Assembly (NCBI RefSeq): GCF_036321535.1
Contig: NC_087472.1
Coordinates: forward strand, 95,668,001-95,732,000
Length of the DNA: 64,000 nt
DNA from: Camelus dromedarius
Taxonomy: Eukaryota
Direction of reading: 5' to 3'
Notes under the pieces: model-generated
What the model was told of the DNA's origin: nothing
Databases searched by the model: none
Seen by the model: only the letters and a program-made list of their open reading frames with translations
Program-made: the position numbers and the translations under genes
Part shown: positions 28,150-40,483 of the stretch, one piece after another
Layout: every line of letters begins with the position of its first letter
Position numbering within the stretch: position 1 is the first letter of the stretch

Positions 28150-28420
28150 TTCATGGGAGACAGGCGGGGCGGGCGGAAGGGCAGTGGGAGCCATTCTGAG
28201 CAGGTGAAGGCTGAGCTGTGGCCACCTTGTGGCTAATTGCTGAGGGGAGCACTAACCCTCCGCCAGCTACTCAAGCACTCCTCTGACTACCAAAGGGACA
28301 AAGGCAGCACGCCCCGCCCTTCAGAGCCTGGCATCTGCAAACTCATTTCTTCCTCTTCATTTATTTCTGACGGCAGTAAATGCCCATTCACCGACCAGCG
28401 CCACGCTTTCTATGATGGGA
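28150..28420. promoter_or_regulatory. Candidate GC-box/ETS regulatory element
   Basis: ggcggggcgggcggaag (28163-28179), gccccgccct (28311-28320), local CpG retention, no TE similarity seen. Confidence 0.3.
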
Positions 28421-28719
28421 GAGAAAAGCAGCAGTTTCATAAAGTTCTTCTATACTTGTTACCTTTTTAAAGTTTCATGATTTAGAGTGTTAGATGCAGT
28501 CTCTAAGGGGCATTTCAAAGCAAATTAAAATTTCTACTCCTGGCTGCTAAGGACTTAAATTTGCTCATCTTTGGGGACCACTTTTCTTTAGAATAGCTGG
28601 GTGTTATTTGCCTATGATCTGAAATAAGACTATGCTGTACACAAATGTGTAATACGGTCAGCCTAAAATAAATTAACTTGCTTCAAAATGTCAAAAAAGA
28701 ATCACTGCACCTGTGTGAG

Positions 28720-29090
28720 AAGTCACCAGCGGGGGGAACAGAGAATCTGGTTTCCACCACATCCTCCACCACTAATGAGCGATGTGATTTTAACTCGTTC
28801 ATCTTCAGTTTCCTTATCTGTAAAACAAGGATTACAAGATCAGTAGGTTTTCACATATTTTTAGCAATGAAACCGGGTTTTTTTCCAGAAAGAGTTTCCA
28901 GAATCCTAATATGCCAGTGATCAAAAGGCAGCTGCTATGACGATGTGTGGACAAGCAGGCAAACTCACCCACCGCCACCATCCGTTCCCCTCCTTCTGTG
29001 CCCCCAAGCCCCTTAACGCACCTCTGCAGGATCTGGGGGGTCAGGGCTTGAAGATCATTGGACCAAATGATTTCTTGAGTCCCTCTGTGC
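28720..29090 (+). mobile_element. MIR3-like SINE with nested MER103C-like MITE (about 28841-29060)
   Basis: ttcagtttccttatctgtaaaacaagg is interrupted by cagtaggttttcacatatttttagcaatgaaacc, then gaccaaatgatttct resumes. Confidence 0.5.
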
Positions 29091-29699
29091 CCTAAGTGTC
29101 CAAATGGCCAAAGTTTTTAAAAGGCAAACATTTTATGAAGACAGTTTCTAGCGTATCAGCCTGGCAGGGAAAAGATTTCACACACTGAGCAATTAGAGAA
29201 CAATTTAATTCTCTACATTAAGCTCTACGTCCCTGGCTTCAAATACAAGAAAAGGTCCTTTGAAGAGCACTAGATGAAACACTTTACAAATTACCCAGAG
29301 TACCTTGCAGTGGCCCCTGCAGGACGTGTGAACTGGGCACAGATACAGCCCGATGGATCAGTGTGGCTCTCCCCTCAGAGCCATGCCTGTGCTGACGCCT
29401 CCTTTAAACCAGCGCTTTCCCTATTCATCTGACAACGGCTGCGTAGATTAATGGCTGTTTCCTGCCTGAAGGATAAAATGTGTTTGCATTTGCCCTTTAG
29501 CCCTGAAACCTAATTATCGAGCGACCAAGGGTGGGGAGAATTATAGTCTTTTGATGGGCTATGAGGCCCCGAAAGAGAGAGAGTGATATGAGAACAAAAT
29601 CAATGGAGACTTGATGGAAATGAGCAAAATTTCTTCACTTGGAAAAATATCTACCATTGAAGTAAACTCAAAATATTTCTCAAAAAAATTGCAATGAAT

Positions 29700-31100
29700 T
29701 CACTCCATAAATAACTCAAGCAATTTTTTATTGTGCATTGACTCTGGTCTAGGTACTGGGTGAGGTGCCAAGGATACCATGAAGAGAAAGACATTGTCCC
29801 TGTCTCCCACTGCCACTCATGCACAGAACCAAGTGAAACACAGCATGACATGTACCACAAGCGAGGTGAGTAGGGTACAGCAGGGTGACAAAGGACAGAG
29901 TGCCTGGCTTGGGCTGGCAAGACTGGAAGGAGTGACTCCTGAAATAGTTCTTAAAGGATAACGTGGCAAAGACTGTTTCTCTTCCTCTCACGGTGGTGGA
30001 AACTGCTGGTGTTCCTCTTCGTTGGGGGACACGGCCAGATTACATGCTGAAGCCTCCTGTGTGGCTTGCGGTTAGATGTTGCCAGGCGACCGCATTCTGA
30101 ATGTATGCAGAAGTGATGTGCACCACTTCAAGACCTGGCCCATAAAACCCCTCTCACATTCAAACTTGTGCTATTTCCCAATTTGCCATTTGGCTGAGTG
30201 GAAAGGACTCCACGGATCTAGAGGAAAGTGGATCCAAGGTAGAAGCCAGGATCACTCAGCGCATGGGACAGAGCCCCCTCCTGGCTCAAAGTGTTAAAGA
30301 AGGTGGTGGGGAGATATTTATAATTCCAGTAACCAAAACATCCCGGCACTGGAAAACTCTGTTTGCCACTGCTAACTTTATTCGTGAGGCAGTGGGAAGC
30401 CTTTAAATGGTTTTATGCAAAGAAATCACATGATCAGATTTGTTTTTAAGAAAGTTCACTCTGGTGGCAGTATGGAACATGGATGGAGAAGTGGGGCAAG
30501 ACAGAAAGCAGAGAACAAACTAGAGATTAGTTTCAGAGTAAACACAAGAAAAAGTATGTACGTGGAGTGGAGCAGCAGAGATAGAAAACAGGGGGAAGAC
30601 TTGAGTGATACCATTAGAACATGATTGGGATGGGGCAGGAGAGTCAGGAGCCATATATAACTTTTGGATTCCTGGCTTTTGCTGGGTTTAATTCACCAAG
30701 AAAGAAAACACAGAGAGTGAAGGTTTGGGGGACAGGTTAGTGAGCATTTTAGATACACTGAATCAGACATCCAGGTAGAGATATCTAGGAGACAGTTGTA
30801 TATATAGGTCTAGAACTCAGGAGAGAGATCAGAACCAAAGCATGGATTTGAGAATCACTTGATTAACACCATTAAATCTGATGAGGGGATCCAAAGAGAA
30901 TATTCAAAGGAAGAAGGTTAAAACCCAGGAACACTGAAGAGGGAATGAAGATGAAGAAGTTAGAGGGAAACTGAGAAGGAATGTTTTGGGGGGAGAAGAG
31001 AAGAACATAAAAGCCAGAGAAAGATTTTAACAAGGTTAGAAACAGTGTTCAACAAGGTTAAATGCAGAAAAATAAATAAAGTAAGGACTGAAAATTAATG
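29700..31100 (-). mobile_element. L2 LINE, split by an MLT1J/K-like fragment (about 29990-30370)
   Basis: GA-rich antisense L2 (atgatcagatttgttttt, gacatccaggtagagatatctaggagacag); insert has gcagaagtgatgtgcaccacttcaagacctggcccataaaacc. Confidence 0.7.
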
Positions 31101-31105
31101 ATGAC

Positions 31106-32000
31106 TGTATCAGGCAGGGTCTAATCGGGAAAAAGAGAAGCCACTGCAGGTATATTTGTTAGCTTGGGCTGCCATAACAAAACACCATAGACTAGGTGGC
31201 TTCAACAACATAAATTTATTTTCTCACAGTTCTGGAAGCTAGCAATCAAAAATCAGGGTGCCTGTGTAGCCAGATTCTGGGGAGACCTCTCTTCCTGGCT
31301 TGCAGATGTTCACCCTCGCACTGCGTCCTTACATGGCAGAGAAGCAGAGACCAAACTCTGGTGTCTCTTCTTATAAGGGCACTAATCCCATCATGAGGGC
31401 CCCACCCTCATGACCTCATCTAAACCAATCACCTCCCACAGGCCCCATCACCAAATACTGTCGCAGTACAGTTAGGGCTTCAACAAATGAGTGTTTGGAG
31501 GAGGGGGCGGTAGAGGAGAACACAATTCAGTCCATGGCACCAGGTATTTCAAACAGGGAATATAATACAGTACAGGGATAATGGAAAAGCTGAGAAACCA
31601 AATAGGGAATGAGGAGCTATTCAGAGATTATCAACAGCAAGAAGCCACCATCATCCCTAGGACTGCAAGACCATGAGAAGAATGGTGGTACTTTAGCCCA
31701 AATCTGGGGTCACCCAGCTGGAGTAGGAGCACTGTGGGATTGCCCTATAGTAACTGATACCACAGAGGGAGGGGCTCTGTGAGGGAGCTGGAGCCAAAAG
31801 AAGACACACTAACCACTAGAGGTGACACCTGAAAGAGGGAGAGAAAGGGAGAAATACCCCAGCTTCTCTCCTCCTCCCACCCTCCGCTGGTGCACCTCAT
31901 AGGTGGACCCTCCCTGGAAGCCACAGGGCAATGGCAAATGTTTGCTAGGAAACAGTTCTGAGAGTGAATAAGGGTTGGAATAACTAAGAGAAGAGTAAAC
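31106..32000 (-). mobile_element. Old ERV LTR (subfamily uncertain) hosting an MLT1A
   Basis: Begins tgtatcaggcagggtctaatc; caggtatttcaaacaggg resumes after the nested LTR. Confidence 0.55.
31151..31539 (-). mobile_element. MLT1A-type solo LTR
   Basis: gggctgccataacaaaacaccatagactaggtggctt...cttataagggcactaatcccatcatgagggccccaccctcatgacc; TSD gcagg/ccagg. Confidence 0.9.
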
Positions 32001-34649
32001 CAATAAGTCAAAGGATTGATAAGAGGCATTAAGAGATCAACCAAACTCAAGAAGTCCTAAATTTCTGTTAGTAACGATCAAACGTGTGATAGCCTTGAGC
32101 CTCTAAATTTGTACCTAACACAAAGTCTGACACATAGTAGGTGCCCAAAGTTTCATGAATGGATGGATGGATGAAGAGATGGGCAAATGCAGAAAACCTT
32201 AACCAGAGAGCCACTGAAGGTGACATGAAATCCACAGGATTCTCATCGATCCTTAAGAGAATCTGCATTTGGGGGTCTCTACGGATGTGAAAAACCAGGT
32301 GGTAGCCTCCTGCCCCTCTGAGGTCCTTCCTGTTCCTGATGCCTTGACTTAAAGGTCCTCCTAGTGACATTTCTGCTCACTTGCTGGGTCTGGAAATGAC
32401 TTCTCCCCATGAGGGGGTTCATTCTAGACTGAAGAGTGCCTTGACTTCTCAGCTACTGTCTGATAGACTCTAAATGCAGTGAATTCTGCAGCCTTTCCTG
32501 CCTTAGTTTACCTGTTTCTCTTGCTTCCCTGGGTTTTCCAAATGAATCCTCCAAGATAAGCATTCTTGGAGGCCTCCAAACAGGAGTTCTTCACAAGCAC
32601 ATAATAACAACTCAGTACAGTTGGAGAAGAGTTTCTGAAAGGAGGTAAATTAACAGGAGTCTTTTACACTGGCAGCCAACACTCTCTGCCTGGAGTGTTG
32701 GGATCACTGTTTAACATTGAAAGAAGCAACCCCCAAAATGCACCATAACCTCACCTTGTAGGTGGATCACACAAAACAAAGTGGAGACATTAGGATTGGA
32801 GAAAAGAGCATTATAGGAGGAAAAGCATGTAAAACGGTGTTGCTATAATTTTTTGATAACATAGTGTAGAGGCTCTTTCAGTCAAGTACATCTACACCTC
32901 AGTCCCTCTCCACCTCCTTTCCCCCATGGTGTTGTCCTGGCTGTCAATTATTGGGAGAGAACGCTATTCTTTAAAAGGCTTTTAACTGGTATTAGAAATG
33001 ATTGGAAGCTCACCTAAAAGCTCTTGGGGAAAAAAAAGAAAAAAAGAATTCTTCATCTTCTGCTTGTGTTGCATAAAATGCAAGGTCCTGTTCTGTTTGT
33101 TTGTTTGTGTGAAAGCTGGAAGCAAAGACTGAGTACAGTTCAGTAGGTTAAGTGAGAAACTAATCGCCAGCAGTGTTTCCGACCTAAGAATTCAGGGCCC
33201 TCTCTGACCTTTCTCGAGACAAAAATTCAGGGAGGGATGTGGGGACACTTCTCTTCAAGGTATCAGTGTGTCACTGAAATGTCTTATGCAACCTTATTCC
33301 CAGTAAATGCATAAGGAGCATCTTGCTGTTTAAAACAGTGGCTTTATAAAAGATTCATTCACTCATAAAATCATCCAAGTAATCACCCCCTCCAACTTGT
33401 GTTTTATTCCATATTTCCATCCATCAGGGGGAATGGTGGTATTTGTAATTGTTAATGTACCATCTTTGTTGGTGATAGTGTTTGCAGTTAACTTTGCACC
33501 ATCACCGTAAGTGTGTTATTTGCAGTTACTGATGCTCACGCTCCTACATTTTTCTTGTGATCAACATCTTTGAGGGGGCAGATGGTTGTTTAAATGATGC
33601 AAATTCTCTCAAGGATACTCGCTGGACTAACCCTTCCCTCTTGTCCACCCAGCAAGTTCTTCATCTTACAAGACATCAAAGATTGCCCTCATGCCTCCGG
33701 ACAGGTCATCTCAGGAAGGGTTGGGCAGGTCCTCTCCTGCACTTGAACACAGTTCTTAAGGGCGTTTACTGCATGGCTGCAATCACTCATTTGGTTGTTT
33801 GGTTTGCCCACCGGACTCCTTGGGGAGTGATTTTACCCTATTCCCTTTTAAATCCCCACAGCTAGCCCTTTAACGTAGGCAGAGAAAGCCCTTGCACCAA
33901 CTAAAAAAGGTTCATCTGACTTCCCCTTGGTGATTAGTGGGTCCCCATCTCTGGCTTGGTCCCCAAGTCAGCCATGCTGGCTCGCAGCTGCAGACAAGAG
34001 CAGAGAGGAGCTGGAGTGTGAAATAAATTGCATATCTGTGATGACAGGACGGAGACGAGGTGCATTTCATTGTCACCGTGAACATTATGTTGATAAGAGC
34101 CGGGCAGTGTAAACCACACCAGTTCATCACAGCTGCTAACATGTGCAAAAGTTGCCCACAGAGATAATGTCTTATTTTCCTAGGAACACAATGTGCTCCC
34201 CAAAGTGACCTTCAGAGCCACGGAGAACACAAAGGATATGCTGCATTTATTACGGAAACATCTAGGCAGATAGTCATCCAGTAATTCCTTTATTCATTCA
34301 ACAAATATTTATGAAGCAGACTGTACTAGAGTCATAAGTACTGATGATCTAAGAGGAAACAAAAGGAACCCAGTGTCTACCATCATGATGCTCATATTCA
34401 CACAGGGGTCACTTATGCTGAAATTTATCCCTGTCTTATGTAACCAGGACATTTTAGGACTGGTGATACTGGAGTTTGGCTGCTGCAGCACACGTTATGG
34501 GGATCCTCTCATCTTCACATTACTAGTCATCCTAATCACTTCGATTTCAAAATTTGATTACTTATTAACAATTAAACAATATGTCAAGATGATGAAACCC
34601 AAATCTTAGAGTGGAACATAGTCAATTTAAAAGCTACTTCTTCAGTTCC

Positions 34650-34840
34650 ATACACTTTGCAAACATTATTTAACTCACTCCTCGAAACCATACCAGAAGT
34701 TGATCCAGAACACGATACCTGCATCGCACGGAATAGGAAAATGAGACTCAGAGAGGTGAGGCTCCTCTCCTCAAGTCACACGAAGCTAAGATTCAAACTC
34801 AAGTCCATCTGGTGCCAATGTCTTGGATTTTGCCACTACA
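34650..34840 (-). mobile_element. MIR SINE
   Basis: aggaaaatgagactcagagaggtgagg...agattcaaactcaagtccatctgg. Confidence 0.65.
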
Positions 34841-35762
34841 CCTTTTTAAAAATGACTTTCAAACAATCCATTTCAATGCTCCTTTTTATCAAGGGAACAC
34901 CACTAAGTGCTTCTAATGTATACCTAATTTGCTTCAATTTCCTATTTAGTTAGACCAGTTTTATGAACTACACCTTATAATCTCCTTCTAGCTCTACAAT
35001 CAATGAGAGTATTAAATGGATTGAGCATCTGCCCTCAGCATTATTATTCTAGATAGGAAAATGATTACCAAATTTATGCCTATGAGTTCACCTTTCAACA
35101 TTCATTTAATCAAGATGAGTAATTAACCTAGCGGGCAGTAATTAGGTAATTAGTAAAACTAGTTAATACAAATAGCATATTAATATAACCAAATAAATGC
35201 TAGTATAATTTTTTATAATTATTATGGCATATAGGTCTACCTGATTTTTTTTAGTAAAAGATATAATTTCTGTGCTATGTATTACACAATTTCAACTTGC
35301 ATGTGGGAATGCCTTTTGACATCTGTGACCCTGCAGAGTAAAAAGGAGACTGAGACAATTATCTCGGGTACTGAAGCAAAAGCCTGCTTGCACTAAAATT
35401 ATCTGCCTAGTCTTTGCCTGATTTTTCACTAAATGGTTACTCCATTTTTTGAAAAAGAACCACTTTATAGCATTGTACCTAAATATCCCTCTCTGCTTAG
35501 AAAATGAAAATACAGCATTCAAAGCAGAATTAATCCTGATAGACCAACAGATCTGCACGTATGCAGAATATTCCCTGATTCAGTAATATAGTCCTCTCTG
35601 ACATTTATCTCCCACAAAAGAAAAGATTTCTCTCTAGCAACATCACCTTGTGGATTCCCTAGCCCTCCCCGGCTCCATACACATACATAGAAAAACATAA
35701 AGCAAGTGTAATAAATAAACACATTCGCGAGAAAAAGCTTCTCCTGATACTGTGGTACACAA

Positions 35763-35794
<32 letters not shown>

Positions 35795-35803
35795 ACACAC
35801 ACA
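35763..35803. repeat. (CA)n microsatellite
   Basis: About 20 CA units with one TA interruption. Confidence 0.95.
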
Positions 35804-36425
35804 CTAATCTATGTTTGTATTTTTGGTGGCAGATACTATTAAGCATTATTTAGATATCATTATCCGTATCCTATGTATCCGTATCCTATAACCATTCACT
35901 CAAAATGGTTATTTATCAATCTTAGGCCAGTCCTGTGATAGATATTGATTCATATCCAGGATATGTAAAAATTTATAAACACTACATAGGAAAAATTTTC
36001 ATCTCCCCTAAGCAGGAACTGCCAACTGGTTTATACGCATTTATAAAGCCCCTAAGCCAACTATGACCAGCTAATGCCCCACATATTAGAATACCAGCAG
36101 CATGAAACAGTTTGCAAACTCTCTAATTGGGGGTCTGGTTTATAGTTCTCTTGTTTGAACTAACCCCTTATGATTGAATTAGATTTCATTACTGTTTATG
36201 CACATCAGATAACATGCTGACGTTCAGGCCGTCCTTTAAGGGCAGAAACCCAGACTCAGTCAATATTTTTACATGCTGATAATGTAATGAAGGCATATAC
36301 ATGAGAACCGATTCATTAATTTCCTTGATAGGTGTTATTCCTTCCTGTTAACCAAGGTTTTATCTTTAGCCACAATTGTATATATGACAAAATACCACAA
36401 TTGAATTTAAAACTCTTTTTCTTTA

Positions 36426-36600
36426 TTGCAAATCCTAACACAATCGGGTCTGATGGTTCAGATTTTTCAGAAGGCAACTGACATCAATCCAATCTCATCG
36501 TTAACTTTCACCCGGACTTCACCAACACAGGGTAAACCAGAATTTTGCCTGGTTTCCCAAGCCCCGTGAAGTTCCATTTTGACCTGGGTTTTCTGCTTCT
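36426..36600 (+). repeat. Possible ancient conserved repeat (MER121-like)
   Basis: ttgcaaatcctaacacaatc...aatctcatcgttaactttc...gggtaaaccagaattttgcctggtttccc resembles my recollection of MER121; internal repeat and hairpin. Confidence 0.45.
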
Positions 36601-38949
36601 AAGAAGAGTGATCATTTCTGGAACTACTCATAATATAAGCTATTCATTTGAATTTCCAGCCTATAAATTGTGCAGAAGGCTTGTGGGTGTGAAACAAGAG
36701 AAGATAAATTACAAATTGGAGCTAAAGAGAAAATAAACACAAGATTTTAGTGAAATCTAATTGTTTTCCACATATCATGGTAAGAGCTGTTATCCTTCCT
36801 TCTAAATTTATGTCATCTACGCGTTTATCTATATTCCTATTTGTCTGTCAGCTCTCTGTCTTCCACCTGCCTGTTAGTGTCTATTTATTTGGCATGGCAA
36901 GTTGTGCTGTCTTTGTCTGCAGAGAAGAAAAGAAGGGGGAAAATGATGAAACATCTTGGTGTAGCATGAATAGCAAAGAGGTGAGGCTGATGCCTGATGT
37001 GCGGATGAATCCTGTAAATGAAGTGGCCCTTGAATTAAATTAATTTAAAATCTGGCAAATATTACCCGGCATGTTTGTCAATGTGCTGTATAATTATTAA
37101 TTTGTTCATTGAAGCAACTGTATAAATAAATAGAAAGCAGAATGCCATGATTAAGCAAGCATTGAAAATCCAGGGTCAAGGAGCCCTGAAATATATAGGG
37201 ATCTCAATAGCTTTCCCAGGTCCTACTTTTACATCTCCTTGTAAACCTGTATGTCGATAACAGCAAATTAATTGGCCCACATTTAGATGCCAACAGAGCT
37301 TTTGTATTCTCGGTGCACATTTTTGTCTTCTCGGAGTGAGATGTTAGTAATGGGGGTTTTAATATTACCCCTAGGGGAGCACCAGAAAATCTTAACAATT
37401 TCCTTCACTAGAGTATTTTCATTAGCGCTAAATGCTGTGCAATTTACATTTGAAATCAGGTGTAGGGGTGAGCAGAACGTGACAAGACACGTTGCAGTGG
37501 TTCTTTCTTTTGTTGTTGTTCCAGTGTTCTTTATTTACTGCCATGGAGTCTCAGAAGAAAAGCATACAAGTCAAAAAGGAAGTATTTCTTCTTTTCTCGT
37601 TAGCCTTACTAGTAGGAGATGAAAACTCTATATTATTCAAACACTCAAAGCACACATTTGAAACAGCCCTCTTTCACCAAGAAAAAAGTACACTTAAAAA
37701 AACAATAATACACCTAAAGTAGAATTAAACTAAATATCACACGACAGCTGTGAGCAGATATTCCAGTAGGGGCAAAAATCCTGTAAGGGAAAGGATTAGA
37801 AGTTAACACAAAGACTAGCCTGCTAAGTTTGTCTGCACAGCTCAATGGCCTAATTCTAAATTAATGAAAAATTTACCTGCTATTATTTTTATTGGAAATC
37901 TGGACTACAAATGGAATTTGTATTGAGTATGGAGGGTAAGCTAAACTCCAGCTAATGTCATTTCAATTTAACAAATATTGGAATAACCCTCCCAGAAGGA
38001 ATGGCAATTTGCATATATGTTAAATCAGGGCTCTGTTTATACCATTATTTTGCACACTAACCACTTGTTAGAGTTAGATCTTATGCTTTAATTGAGTGTT
38101 TCAGTTATTGAATGCCTTACCTGAGCCAAAATCCTAAAGAGGAAAACAAAGCCAGATGAACAGCAGGAACACCAAGCACTTAGGAAGGAGCCGCTTGGTG
38201 CCAAGGAAGATTCCAGGTGCACTACACAAATTCATCCCATCTAACTTGCCCACTTGCTCTAAGAGGTTGGTGTGGTTCTTCCCATTTTACAGAGAAACTG
38301 AAGCAGAAACTATTTGTAAAAGTTCAAGAACAACTTCATATTGCAGTCACTGATGGCTCTCGTCAAGACAAGGTCTCAACTGCCATGGTGTTCGAACAGA
38401 AAAGAAAAGCCTCATTGGTGATGGTGGAAGTTAGCCAGCCTTCGAACTTGAGTTATGACAGGCTCAGGAAGGTCTTTGGCTGAATGAAAGACGAGGCTAG
38501 CCTGCAAATTTGACTCAGCCAGTGTGAAATTGATGTTTCCCATTTGTAAGTGTGAGTTAGACTGGCTGCTCCCTGACCTGCTATTATGCTAACCGATTAA
38601 TGAGGGTACATTGTTTATTGCCTGAGTTTCCAAAACTGTTCCCTAAAGAGGGCAAAGGCAAGCTAACAGAGCACGGGAGAGAGAGTTTTCTAGTCCAGCA
38701 GGTCTCTACTGTACATGGGAATCTCACTTAACTGCACATCACAATCACCTTCGAAAAATCCCAGGTCCCAGGCCACACCACAGACCGACTAAATCAGAAT
38801 CTCTGGGCTGGGACTCAGGCAACAGAAAAGTCTTACTTAAATCACTAAGCATAAACATTAACCAGCATCGGCACCAGTTAACACAAAATAAATACACAAT
38901 TTATAACGAGATTTAACTATGTACAAATTCCCACGTATATTTAGGTACT

Positions 38950-39110
38950 GCAGTGTGAGAGAAGGGAGTCAGAAAATTCCAGTCAGCTCTATTACCCTAA
39001 CATCTCTATGACCTTGGGTAAATTCCAGAATCTTCTTAAGCCTCAGTTTCCTCTCTGGAAAATAAAATCATACTTCTCTTATCTCACAGGGAAAGCAACG
39101 GGTCAAATAA
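38950..39110 (+). mobile_element. MIR SINE
   Basis: tatgaccttgggtaaatt...aagcctcagtttcctc. Confidence 0.65.
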
Positions 39111-39539
39111 AACTTTTCAAATTTTAAAGACTTATTTAAAAAAAAGAAAATGGTTCTTCATCTTTTTATATCTTTCAAGTGCGACCAGTCACTGCTTAAT
39201 ATAAACATAATTCCTTCCTCAGATTTAGCTGATCTAACTTGCCCTGAACCCTTCTTGGACTCTGCACCTCCAGGGCCCAGGAGCCAATTAGCATTAAAAA
39301 TACATCCAGGATTATTTCCTCAGCTGTCAGCTCATCTCTTTCATAGACACTGATGGTTTACTGACTCTGCTTATACCATTTGAGAACAAAATAACCTCAT
39401 TTGGCCTTCTGATCAACAAGCTCATCCTTCCTGTCTTCTTTCTACTTTGGTTCCTTCCTAGAGTGTAACTTCACTAACTTACTACCAAAAAAAAAACTTC
39501 CCATGTTATTTTTTTCTCAATCACAAAATGGCCTTGAGA

Positions 39540-39690
39540 GAAAACAAACAAAAAAAAACCCTGCATTCAAATCCCAGGTCACCATTTAAGAGTATAGACA
39601 ATTTACTCAATGTCTCAGCTTCCTCACCTGAAAGCTGGGTATAACTATACCTATTTCCCAAAACTGTCTGAAAGTCAAAGACAGCATAAA
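39540..39690 (+). mobile_element. MIR SINE
   Basis: ttcaaatcccaggtcaccattt...gtctcagcttcctcacctgaaa. Confidence 0.6.
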
Positions 39691-39955
39691 AGTTTTCTTG
39701 AAATTAGAGCTGTACTGTTACTAACTTTAAAACACTGATAAGATCTACCCAATTCAACCTTCTCTGATGAATCTTGCAACCAATTTTTAGCTACTATCCA
39801 AAAGTAACCAGAATGTAAACTTTAATGATATATTTTACTAAATCCAATAAAACTTGAAATAAAAAAAATGAAGTTGCTTCTTTACATTTATCTCCATTTC
39901 TCTCCTTGTCTTAACACATGGTCAAATACCCTTAGGAAAGGTAAAACCAAAAGAT

Positions 39956-39957
<2 letters not shown>

Positions 39958-40020
<63 letters not shown>

Positions 40021-40483
40021 GGAATACTACTCAGCCATAAAAAAAGAATAATGCCATTTGCTTCAATATGCACAGACCTGGGGATCATCATTCTAAACGA
40101 AGTAAGCCAGAAAGAGAAAGAAAAATGCCATATGGTATCACTTATATGTGGACTCTAAAAAAAAAAAGACACAAATGAACTTATTTACAAAACAAAAGCA
40201 GACTCACAGACATAGAAAACAAACATGGTTACCTGGTGGGGGAAGGGCGTGGGGAAGGATAAATTAGGAGTTCAAGGTTTTCAGATACTAACTACTATAC
40301 ATAAAATAGATAAACAAGTTTCTTCTGTATAGCACAGGGAACTATAGTCAACATCTTGTAGTAAGCTATAATGGAAAAGAATATGAAAACGAATATATGT
40401 GTGTGTATGTATGACTGAAACATTATGCTGTACATCAGAAATTGATACATTGTTAACTGACTATACTTCAATTTAAAAAAAAA
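39958..40483 (+). mobile_element. 5'-truncated young L1 3' end with (TA)29 at its 5' junction
   Basis: aatggaatactactcagccataaaa...poly-A; 9-bp TSD aaaagattc (39949-39957, 40484-40492). Confidence 0.92.

Noticed and set aside
33410..33515. Minus-strand peptide YGDGAKLTANTITNKDGTLTITNTT resembling an Ig-like strand
   Set aside because: Bounded by an in-frame stop just upstream, with no start codon or acceptor
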